64,000 bases of DNA from Minisyncoccota bacterium (GTDB lineage Bacteria > Patescibacteriota > Minisyncoccia > Phycocordibacterales > CAJBRS01), in assembly GCA_017881075.1 (NCBI GenBank), contig JADGRH010000003.1:64682-128681 (forward strand). Direction: 5' to 3'. This document shows positions 26,168 through 34,757 of this stretch, piece by piece (position 1 is the stretch's first letter; each line of letters starts with the position of its first letter). The position numbers were made by a program, and so were the translations under genes. The notes beneath the pieces are model-generated. The model ran no database searches, was not told the DNA's origin, and saw only the letters and a program-made list of their open reading frames with translations.

Positions 26168-28828
26168 ATGGCAATCTCAATCACCAAACACGACGGCACC
26201 AAAGAAACTTTCAATGCCGATCAAATCAATCGATCAATTGAAAGAGCCTGTCGTGGATTGATGGATCCTATCGCCATGGTTACTCAAATCGCCACTGAAA
26301 CTCGATTAACTCTTTATGATGGCATCACAACCGAAGAAATGGACAAGGCCACCATCAATGCGGCCCTTCAAAACGTCAAAGATGATCCTGCCTATGACAA
26401 AGTAGCCACCCGCATTCTATTAAAAACTATTTACAGACAGGTTTTAGGTGATTACGACAAAGATAACAACCTCGCTTTAACTAAGAAGCATCGCGAAGGG
26501 TTCACTAAATATATTAAAGAGGGAATTGCCGATAATAAACTTAGTCCGCGCATGGCGGAGAAATTTAATCTGAAAGAATTAACAAACACTCTTGATCTTG
26601 AGCGTGATGATCTATTTCAATATGCCGGTCTCTCCACTTTTCTCAATCGCTACTCCTTAAAAAATATGGATCAGACTCCGCGCGAGACTCCGCAATATTT
26701 TTTCATGCGAGTGGCCATGGGACTTTCTTTCAATGAAAAGAAACCAACGGAGTGGGCTAAAAAGTTTTACAACAAAATGTCTCGGTTTGAATATATTCCC
26801 GGCGGCTCTACTAATCTCGGGGCCGGCACTGTGAAGTCGGCACTCTCAAATTGTTTTTTAATGGAAGTGCATGACGACATGGGACACATTGCTAAGACCG
26901 TCGCTGACGTCATGATGCTTTCAAAAGATTCCGGTGGTCTTGGCGTATCGGTGACCAAGCTTCGCGCCGCAGGATCTCCGCTGAAATCAAATAATGGAAT
27001 TTCCACCGGCCCGACTCCTTTTGCCAAGATTATGGATACTGCCATCAGAGCCATTCAGAGAGGAGGAAAGAAAAAAGGAGCACTTTGCTTCTACATGGAG
27101 AACTGGCACGTTGACTTCATTGAATTTATTGATTGGAAGAACAGTAGTGGAGATGACTATATGAGAATGAGAACGGCCAATACAGCGGCCTTTATCTCCG
27201 ATGAATTCATGAAAAGGGTTAAAAATAAGGATATTTGGTATATGTTTGATCCTGCGGAGACCGCCGATCTCAATGAACTTTACGGAAAGGCCTTTAGTAA
27301 ACGATATGCCGAATACGTAAAGATGGCAGATGAAGGAAAACTGCGCATGTTCAAGAAAATTCCGGCAGCCGAGCTCTATCGCAAGATGCTTGTTTCCCTT
27401 CAGACCACTTCTCATCCATGGCAGATTTGGAAGGACGCTGTTAATATTCGGGCCCTTAATAACAATACCGGCACCATTCATATGTCTAATCTCTGCACCG
27501 AAATTTGTTTGCCACAAGATAAAGAAAATATTGCAGTCTGCAACCTCGCCTCCCTTAACTTGGCGGCCCATGTCATTAATAAGGAAGTCAGCTGGGGAAA
27601 ATTGGAAGAATCTGTACGGCTGGCCATTCATCAACTTGATAATTTGATTGATATTAATATTTTGTCGGTAAAAGAAGCGGAGAAAGCAGACAAAGAGAAT
27701 CGGGCCGTGGGCTTAGGTGTCATGGGCTTCGCCGATGCATTGGAAAAAATGGGCCTTGCTTACGACAGTCAGCCAGCATATGACTTTGCCGACAGAATTT
27801 TTGAATTCATTAGTTACATGGCTATTGATGAAAGCACAAACTTAGCGGCAAGCCGCGGCAGTTACAAAAACTTTAAAGGATCGGAATGGTCAAAAGGAAA
27901 AGTACCGTTCGATACCATCGCGAAATTACAGGAAGAAAGAGATCTGCCGGTAACTGTTACTATGGAAAGCAAGCACAAGGGACTGAACTGGGATATTTTA
28001 CGAGAGAAAGTAAAGAGAGGAATGAGAAATGCTACCTTACTCGCCGTTGCCCCGAATGCCAACATTGGTCTCCTTGCCGCTACCACTCCCGGAGTGGACC
28101 CTCGATTTGCCCAAGTATTCTCGCGCAATAAAATTTCCGGAAAATATTTGGATATCAATCATAATTTAGTAAAAGATTTAAAAAATCACGGCATCTGGGA
28201 AAAAGTAAAAGAGAGAATCATTGAATACCAAGGAGACATTTCAAATATCGAAGAGATTCCGGAATACATTAAAGCTGTTTATAAAACCTCGTTTACCACT
28301 TCACCCTATGGTTTTATTGAGGTGGCGGCCAGAGCCCAAAAATGGGTTGATCAGGCACTTTCACGCAACATATATCTTAGGACTCGGGATATTGACGAAA
28401 CGATGGATATTTATACTAGCGCTTGGGAAAAAGGACTGAAGAGCACTTATTATCTACACATGGAACCACGCCACACGGCCGAGCAGAGCACTGTTGCTGT
28501 CAATAAATCTCAGAAAATGGGACGAGCGGGCTTTGGCTCTTTGCGAAAACATACAGCGGTGGAAAAAGCAGATGAATCGGAGCTTTTGGCTGATAGCGCA
28601 CCAGAGACGATGATAGTGGAGCCGATGGTCAGCCCGATTACGGAAGCGGAAATGCCACAGCCGGTGCCGGTAGTAAAGGTGGCACCGGCCCTAGAGGCAA
28701 TGGAAAAAGAGATGCCGGATAATAACCCAGCACCTAAATCAGAATCTAAACCTAACGTTCGTTTTATCGGCGCCAAGACCTGCCCGACCGACCCCGCCGA
28801 ATTCAATCAGTGTGATAGCTGTCAGTAG
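26168..28828 (+). CDS. nrdA: ribonucleoside-diphosphate reductase alpha subunit (class I) with ATP-cone
   Basis: ATP-cone VTKHDGTKETF; NLCTEI active site; C-terminal Cys pair; long low-complexity tail; start trimmed to MAISITK. Confidence 0.85.
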   Translation: MAISITKHDGTKETFNADQINRSIERACRGLMDPIAMVTQIATETRLTLYDGITTEEMDKATINAALQNVKDDPAYDKVATRILLKTIYRQVLGDYDKDNNLALTKKHREGFTKYIKEGIADNKLSPRMAEKFNLKELTNTLDLERDDLFQYAGLSTFLNRYSLKNMDQTPRETPQYFFMRVAMGLSFNEKKPTEWAKKFYNKMSRFEYIPGGSTNLGAGTVKSALSNCFLMEVHDDMGHIAKTVADVMMLSKDSGGLGVSVTKLRAAGSPLKSNNGISTGPTPFAKIMDTAIRAIQRGGKKKGALCFYMENWHVDFIEFIDWKNSSGDDYMRMRTANTAAFISDEFMKRVKNKDIWYMFDPAETADLNELYGKAFSKRYAEYVKMADEGKLRMFKKIPAAELYRKMLVSLQTTSHPWQIWKDAVNIRALNNNTGTIHMSNLCTEICLPQDKENIAVCNLASLNLAAHVINKEVSWGKLEESVRLAIHQLDNLIDINILSVKEAEKADKENRAVGLGVMGFADALEKMGLAYDSQPAYDFADRIFEFISYMAIDESTNLAASRGSYKNFKGSEWSKGKVPFDTIAKLQEERDLPVTVTMESKHKGLNWDILREKVKRGMRNATLLAVAPNANIGLLAATTPGVDPRFAQVFSRNKISGKYLDINHNLVKDLKNHGIWEKVKERIIEYQGDISNIEEIPEYIKAVYKTSFTTSPYGFIEVAARAQKWVDQALSRNIYLRTRDIDETMDIYTSAWEKGLKSTYYLHMEPRHTAEQSTVAVNKSQKMGRAGFGSLRKHTAVEKADESELLADSAPETMIVEPMVSPITEAEMPQPVPVVKVAPALEAMEKEMPDNNPAPKSESKPNVRFIGAKTCPTDPAEFNQCDSCQ

Positions 28829-28921
28829 GATAGAGTGAAACCATTTTGCCTTTTTTAGCCTAGCGCCAGGTACATTTTTTGTCTACAATATAAAAACTAT
28901 TAATTTAACTTTTAACTACCC

Positions 28922-29932
28922 ATGCCACTAATCGGAAAAGCGTCGCCGGAGGATATGAATTTACACCCAATGAAGTATCAGTGGGCCTATGATCTTTATA
29001 ATCAAGCAGTTCGAAATACATGGTTTCCTCATGAGATTGCTTTGAAGGAAGACTTGGAAGATTGGGAAAAGATGACGGAGGACGAAAGACACGCAGTGAA
29101 ATTCCTGATGGCCTTTTTTAATCCGGCCGAGCTGATCGTAAATCGCTCCATCGCTCTCGGCATTTATCCGTATCTGAAGTCGCCGGAGTGCCATCTCTAT
29201 CTAGCCAAGGTGATGTGGGAGGAGGCTAATCATTGCGTTGCTTTTGAGTATGTTCTAGAGACCTTTCCGCTCGATCGCGAAAAAGTTTTCGGCATTCATC
29301 TGGAAGTGCCCTCAATGAAGGCTAAGGAGGATTATATTTTTCGCTACATGAAACGCATGACCGAAAACACCTTGGATATTGAAACAGTAGAAGGGAAGAA
29401 GGATTTCATCCGCAACCTTGTGGCAACTAACATTGTCATGGAAGGCATCTGGTTTTATTCCGGTTTCATGGTGGCTCTTTCCTTTCGTCAGCGCAATCAG
29501 CTTCGCAATTTTGGCTCCATGATCAACTGGGTTTTGCGAGACGAGTCACTTCACTTAAAATTTGGCATCAATCTCATTCATACCATCCTGGAAGAGAACG
29601 CCGAGTTAATTACCGAAGAATTTGCCGCCGAGATTCGCAATATCGTTATTGAAGGAGTGGACAAAGAAGTGGCCTATAACAAGGATCTCTTTCCAAATGG
29701 TATTCTTGGTTTAAATGCCGACTATGTTAATCAGTATGTGCAGTATGTGGCTGACAGGCGACTGGAAGAGTTGGGAATGGAGAAACATTACAATGCTACT
29801 AATCCGGCCAAGTGGATGAGCACTGCAACTGATGTTTTTGAATTGGTTAATTTCTTTGAGGCGCAAAACACTAGCTACGAAGTGGATGCGAGAGCGCATT
29901 CGGAGAAAAAGAAAGATGAACCAGCCGTTTAA
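28922..29932 (+). CDS. nrdB: ribonucleoside-diphosphate reductase beta subunit (ferritin-like, class I)
   Basis: EEANHC, E..H pairs, and a C-terminal tail typical of R2. Confidence 0.85.
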   Translation: MPLIGKASPEDMNLHPMKYQWAYDLYNQAVRNTWFPHEIALKEDLEDWEKMTEDERHAVKFLMAFFNPAELIVNRSIALGIYPYLKSPECHLYLAKVMWEEANHCVAFEYVLETFPLDREKVFGIHLEVPSMKAKEDYIFRYMKRMTENTLDIETVEGKKDFIRNLVATNIVMEGIWFYSGFMVALSFRQRNQLRNFGSMINWVLRDESLHLKFGINLIHTILEENAELITEEFAAEIRNIVIEGVDKEVAYNKDLFPNGILGLNADYVNQYVQYVADRRLEELGMEKHYNATNPAKWMSTATDVFELVNFFEAQNTSYEVDARAHSEKKKDEPAV

Positions 29933-29941
29933 GGACGAAAC

Positions 29942-30009
29942 CTACAACTTTTTTAGAGACTAAGACTTGGGCAAACGCCCCGGAGTGGTCTCTAAAAAAG
30001 TTCGTAGGT
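29942..30009. repeat. 68-bp structured palindromic element, copy 1 (20-bp stem + loop TAAGACTTGGGCAAACGCCCCGGAGTG)
   Basis: near-perfect inverted repeat CCTACAACTTTTTTAGAGAC / GTCTCTAAAAAAGTTCGTAGG; a second copy in opposite orientation lies at 55729..55794. Confidence 0.7.
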
Positions 30010-30061
30010 GAGTCATTAAACGGACTTGTCTTATTTAAAAAATTTTATATAATAGACTCTT

Positions 30062-30453
30062 CTTGAATCGGGTAATTGCTCCGCCACCTAAAAAGGGCGG
30101 GGAGGAAAGTCCGAACACAGGCCCTTCACCAAAATTGGTGAAGGGAAGAGTAGCGGGTAATACCCGTCTGGAGCAATCCACGAGGTGCGAACAGAGACGA
30201 ACCGGTTAAGTCCGGGTGAAACGGCTAAATCCTTACTTCTGTGCAAGGCCGCGCGCCAATTTTGTCCGCTAGAGGCGGTTACAAAATTGAGCGTCCCGAG
30301 ATTTTCGAGGGATTGATCCTTCGACAAGCTCAGGGCACTCAATCTTGCAGCCACCTGCAGTGGGCAAGATTGGTGAGTGCCGCTTGACTCCGAGAGTAAT
30401 CGAGGAGCTAGATAAATAATTATCGATAACAGAATTCGGCTTATAGATTCAAG
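30062..30453 (+). ncRNA. rnpB: RNase P RNA (bacterial type A)
   Basis: P4 GGAGGAAAGTCCG.ACACAGG and 3' ACAGAATTCGGCTTAT conserved blocks; P1 pairing CTTGAATC/GATTCAAG; the minus-strand ORF 30088..30504 is spurious. Confidence 0.85.
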
Positions 30454-30464
30454 AAGACAAATCA

Positions 30465-30494
30465 AAAGCCTCCGCCTAACGGCGGAGGCTTTTG
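30465..30494 (+). terminator. terminator hairpin after rnpB
   Basis: AAAGCCTCCGCC taac GGCGGAGGCTTT. Confidence 0.6.
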
Positions 30495-30497
30495 CTA

Positions 30498-30590
30498 TTT
30501 GCATCGTCTTTTCAAGATGTTATAATAAATGAAAGCTAATGAAAGAATTTGCATCGTCTTTTCAAAATGTTATAATAAATGAAAGCTAAT
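30498..30590 (+). promoter_or_regulatory. tandemly duplicated (~50 bp x2) promoter segment carrying an extended -10 TGTTATAAT
   Basis: TTTGCATCGTCTTTTCAA[G/A]ATGTTATAATAAATGAAAGCTAATG occurs twice with one mismatch; the second copy ends at the ATG of 30589. Confidence 0.55.
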
Positions 30591-32985
30591 GGAAAAAATT
30601 GAAATCAAAACAGAAGAAGTTGTTCCGGAGAGAAATATTTTAACTACCATCCCTCATGTTCTGGTCGGAGCCTTATTGTTTCTGTTGCCAATATTTTTTA
30701 TCCCATCACCTCTTATTGCTTTTGGTTACGGTAAAATGATAATTGTGGCGGTGGTTGTTCTAATCTCACTTTTTAGCTGGATCGTCATTGTTTTTAAAGT
30801 TGGTAAGCTAACCTTGCCGATCAATTGGCTCTCTCTTTCTATTGTAGCTATTCCAATAATTTTTTTATTGGCCGCCATCTTTTCCCCTAATAGAGCAACT
30901 TCACTTATAGCCTCCGGTCTTGAACCTGGCACCTTCAGTTTCATCTTACTACTCTTTCTCTTAATGTTTCTGGTTTCCGTCTTTGTTCGAAACAAAAAAA
31001 ATATTTTTTCTTGCTACCTTTGGTTTGGAGTCGGGTTTATTGTTCTGGCCATTTATCAGATACTTCATTTGTTTTTAGGACCAAACTTTTTATCCTTTAA
31101 TTATTTTACCGATGTTGCCTCCAGTCCTTTGGGCAAATGGAATGATTTAGCCATCTTTGCGGGTGCTGCTGTTTTACTGACGCTTGTCAGTCTGGAGCTT
31201 TTGGTTTTAAGTCGTTTGGCGAAAAGTTTACTTTACACCCTTTTAATTATCGAATTATTTCTTTTAGCCATAACAAACTTTACCATCATTTGGGCTACTC
31301 CCGTCAGTATCATTACTCTCATCGGTTTTTTTGCCCTGCTCTTTTTTGTATATTTCATTTCATCAAATCACCTTTCCACAAATCAGGCTCCGGAGATGGG
31401 AAATTATTACCAGGCGACGACCCCACAAGGACTGGGGCACCGCCGTCTACCCTGGCCTTCATTAATAGTGTTGGTTTTTGCGGTGATCTTTACCCTGGGG
31501 GCCGGCCCGATTGGATCTTCCATCACTTCATTTTTTAAAATTAATGTTCTGGACGTCTCACCCACCTGGCAGTCCACTTTCACGGTGGCCAAGGCTAGTA
31601 TTTCTCGAAGCCCGATTTTGGGAATTGGACCCAACCGTTTTAGTAGTGAATGGAATCTTTCAAAACCGGACGGAGTCAATGCCACCGACTTCTGGAGCAC
31701 CGATTTTGACTCTGGAGTAGGAACGATTCCGACATTCTTAGTCACTACCGGCTCTTTGGGAATCTTAGCCTGGCTTATCTTTTTAGGCTTTCTTCTTTAC
31801 TTGGGTGGAAAAGCGATCTTTTCTGGGGTTAAAGATCAGCTCTCTCTTTATTTGATTATTTCCTCTTTCTTTGTGGCTATCTATCTATGGATTGTCCATA
31901 TTATGTATGTGTCGGGTGTTGTGATGTTTATCTTTGCCTTTATTTTTACCGGTCTCTTTTTAGCTTCTCTTTTTCGGGAGGGTATGCTTAAGGAGAGGAC
32001 CATTTTTTATGTTCAAGACTCTCGGAAAGGGTTTGTGACAATCTTGCTTTTAGTACTAATTTTAATCGGAGTGATTAGCGGAGGGTATTTATTATCAGAA
32101 AAAGTTTTGGCCTCGGTTTATGCCAACAGAGGAGTTACAACTCTCAATTCGGCAGATGTTCAAGGGGCCGAAAATTACACCCTTCAGGCAATTAACGCTG
32201 ATAAAAATCCGGCATATTATCGTTTACTTTCCCAGATTGAATTAGTCAAAATTAGTAATATTCTTCAGCAAGGCAGTCTCACTGCCGATATTGTCAAAAC
32301 CCAATTTCAGAATGGTCTGACTAACGCTGTTTCTGCCGCTTCTACCGCTACCAGTCTAGACCCAACCGATTATCAGAATTGGCTCTCTCTCGGGGCTGTT
32401 TATGAAAATGTCATTCCCCTCGGTGTAGCGGGGGCTTCAGGACAAGCGGCAAGTGCTTATCTGGAAGCCTTGAAGAGAAGTCCACAGAATCCATCTATAT
32501 ATCTAATGTTGGCTCGAGCAGAGTTAGCAAATAAGAATTATGATAAATCCAAGGAATATATTCTGGATGCTCTTCGGTTAAAAAATAATTATCTTGATGC
32601 CATTTATCTTTTGACACAACTTGATCTTTCTCAAGGTAACGGAGCGGCCGCTCTGGCTGATTTAGGTGTAGCGGTCACAGTAGCTCCAAATGATGCAGGA
32701 CCCTATTTCCAGATCGGCGTTTTAAATTATAATTTAGGTAATTATGAACCGGCCGCCACCGCCCTCACTCAATCTCTACGTTTAGTACCCAATTATGCGG
32801 ATGCAAAATACTATCTCGCTCTTAGCGACTATAAACTGAACCAAAAAGATGAAGCCACCAGACTTTTTCAGGAGCTTGTTGATGCTAACCCTATTAATAC
32901 CACTCTTACCGCCATTTTGGACAACATTAAGGGTGGTCGCGACCCTCTTTCAACTTCCACCGCGGCTACCAGTAGTAAAAAATAA
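30589..32985 (+). CDS. large polytopic membrane protein with C-terminal TPR repeats (O-antigen-ligase-like, inferred)
   Basis: more than 10 TM helices then a TPR-like helical repeat region. Confidence 0.45.
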   Translation: MEKIEIKTEEVVPERNILTTIPHVLVGALLFLLPIFFIPSPLIAFGYGKMIIVAVVVLISLFSWIVIVFKVGKLTLPINWLSLSIVAIPIIFLLAAIFSPNRATSLIASGLEPGTFSFILLLFLLMFLVSVFVRNKKNIFSCYLWFGVGFIVLAIYQILHLFLGPNFLSFNYFTDVASSPLGKWNDLAIFAGAAVLLTLVSLELLVLSRLAKSLLYTLLIIELFLLAITNFTIIWATPVSIITLIGFFALLFFVYFISSNHLSTNQAPEMGNYYQATTPQGLGHRRLPWPSLIVLVFAVIFTLGAGPIGSSITSFFKINVLDVSPTWQSTFTVAKASISRSPILGIGPNRFSSEWNLSKPDGVNATDFWSTDFDSGVGTIPTFLVTTGSLGILAWLIFLGFLLYLGGKAIFSGVKDQLSLYLIISSFFVAIYLWIVHIMYVSGVVMFIFAFIFTGLFLASLFREGMLKERTIFYVQDSRKGFVTILLLVLILIGVISGGYLLSEKVLASVYANRGVTTLNSADVQGAENYTLQAINADKNPAYYRLLSQIELVKISNILQQGSLTADIVKTQFQNGLTNAVSAASTATSLDPTDYQNWLSLGAVYENVIPLGVAGASGQAASAYLEALKRSPQNPSIYLMLARAELANKNYDKSKEYILDALRLKNNYLDAIYLLTQLDLSQGNGAAALADLGVAVTVAPNDAGPYFQIGVLNYNLGNYEPAATALTQSLRLVPNYADAKYYLALSDYKLNQKDEATRLFQELVDANPINTTLTAILDNIKGGRDPLSTSTAATSSKK

Positions 32986-33009
32986 AAAGAAAAAGAAAAT
33001 CCTCCCCCT

Positions 33010-34698
33010 ATGGTTAGAAGGATTCTCAATATTTTCAATAAAGAGATAGGCGGCGTTCATGAGGCCGCCTATCTTCTTGGCTCCTTTGCCATAATCTCCC
33101 AAATTCTAGCCCTTATTCGGGACCGGCTTTTGGCTCATTACTTCGGCGCCGGTCAAACCTTAGATATCTATTACGGCGCTTTCAGAATTCCCGATTTTTT
33201 ATTTGCTTCCATTGCTTCGTTAGTCTCTATTTCAGTACTTATTCCGTTTCTGGTGGAGAGGTTGGATCGCGACAAGGAGGAATCAAAGATATTTCTCAAT
33301 AATATATTTACCGCTTTTTCAATTGTGATGGGACTGGGTTGTCTGATTGCCTTCTTTTTAATCCCTCATCTTTTGAAATTCATTCTGCCGGGCCTCGCGG
33401 TCGGGCCCCAACAGACCGAATTAATAACCTTATCAAGACTTTTGCTTCTTTCTCCGATTTTTCTTGGTATTTCAAATTTTCTTGGATCCATCACTCAGAC
33501 TTTCCGCCGTTTTTTTATTTATGCCTTGAGCCCGATTGTTTATAACGCCTCCATTATCTTCGGCATCATTTTTCTCTACCCTCATTTCGGCATCAAGGGA
33601 GTGGTTTTTGGAGTAATCATTGGAGCCTTTCTTCATTTTTCCATTCAGGTTCCTTTTGTCAAAAGTCAGAAAATGATTCCACGTCTTGTTTCCAATCTTG
33701 ACTGGCAAAAGGTTAAACAAGTTATTTTTCTTTCTTTGCCCCGTACCCTGGCCCTTTCGGCGGACAGCCTTTCTCTTTTAGTAGTCACGGCATTTGCCTC
33801 GCTGATGATTGGTGGCTCTATTTCCATTTTTAATTTCGCTCTTAATCTTCAGTCGGTGCCACTGGCCATTATCGGAGTCAGTTATACCCTGGCTGCTTTT
33901 CCGACCTTAGCCAGGCTCTATTCGCGTGGAGAGAAGAGTCAATTTGTGGAGCAGGTCATTACGGCTGCCAGGCACATTATTTTTCTCTCCATTCCCATCA
34001 CCGTTCTTTTTATCGTTCTGCGAGCCCAAATTGTTCGATCAATTCTGGGGTCCGGTAATTTCAGTTGGGCCAATACTCGGCTAACAGCGGCGGCACTTTC
34101 AATGTTTACCATATCGCTCTTTGCCCAGGGGCTAACACTTCTTTTTGTCCGAGGGTATTACGCCGCCGGCAATACTAAAAAACCCTTAATCATTAACGCT
34201 ATTACTACTGTTGGGGACATTCTTTTTCCGTTTTTACTCTGGAAAGCTTTCTTGCATTATCCGATGTTTCAATATTTCATTGAAAGTCTTTTCAAGGTTA
34301 GTGATGTACCGGGAACGGTGGTGTTGATGTTGCCTCTCGGTTATTCTCTCGGTGTTCTATTGAATGTTTTAATATTTTTCATTTGCTTCGAGCGCGACTT
34401 TCAAAATGTGTCGCGCTCGCTTCTCCGCACCTTTCGGGAAAGCTTCTCGGCCGGTATTTTAATGGGATTTGTTTCATATCTCTGTCTTAATATTTTTGAC
34501 AAAGTTTTTGACTTGACCACACTCCCCGGTATTTTCTTCCAAGGACTCTGTTCCGGCCTTATCGGTATTTTCTTCGGTGTGTTGATCCTGAAGCTCCTGA
34601 AAAATCGGGAGATAGAGGAGGTGTGGCAGACGCTTCATACCAAGATCTGGAAGACCAACGAAGTGGTCATCGCCGAGCAGGAGAAGTTGGAGGTGTGA
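33010..34698 (+). CDS. murJ: lipid II flippase MurJ (MviN)
   Basis: LLGSFAIISQILALIRDRLLAHYFGAG .. DIYYGAFRIPDFLF, 14-TM MOP family. Confidence 0.8.
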   Translation: MVRRILNIFNKEIGGVHEAAYLLGSFAIISQILALIRDRLLAHYFGAGQTLDIYYGAFRIPDFLFASIASLVSISVLIPFLVERLDRDKEESKIFLNNIFTAFSIVMGLGCLIAFFLIPHLLKFILPGLAVGPQQTELITLSRLLLLSPIFLGISNFLGSITQTFRRFFIYALSPIVYNASIIFGIIFLYPHFGIKGVVFGVIIGAFLHFSIQVPFVKSQKMIPRLVSNLDWQKVKQVIFLSLPRTLALSADSLSLLVVTAFASLMIGGSISIFNFALNLQSVPLAIIGVSYTLAAFPTLARLYSRGEKSQFVEQVITAARHIIFLSIPITVLFIVLRAQIVRSILGSGNFSWANTRLTAAALSMFTISLFAQGLTLLFVRGYYAAGNTKKPLIINAITTVGDILFPFLLWKAFLHYPMFQYFIESLFKVSDVPGTVVLMLPLGYSLGVLLNVLIFFICFERDFQNVSRSLLRTFRESFSAGILMGFVSYLCLNIFDKVFDLTTLPGIFFQGLCSGLIGIFFGVLILKLLKNREIEEVWQTLHTKIWKTNEVVIAEQEKLEV

Positions 34699-34757
34699 AG
34701 TTTTTTATTTTCACAAAAGCTGAAATTTAGGCCGTTTCCTGCTAAGATAGACAAACT

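Noticed and set aside
30088-30504. 138-aa minus-strand ORF from the six-frame track
   Set aside because: It lies entirely within the RNase P RNA gene (conserved P4 and 3' blocks on the plus strand), so it is a spurious ORF.
30498-30590. CRISPR-like repeat
   Set aside because: Only two copies are present, arranged back to back apart from about 5 nt between them rather than with unique spacers; no cas genes. It is a duplicated promoter.
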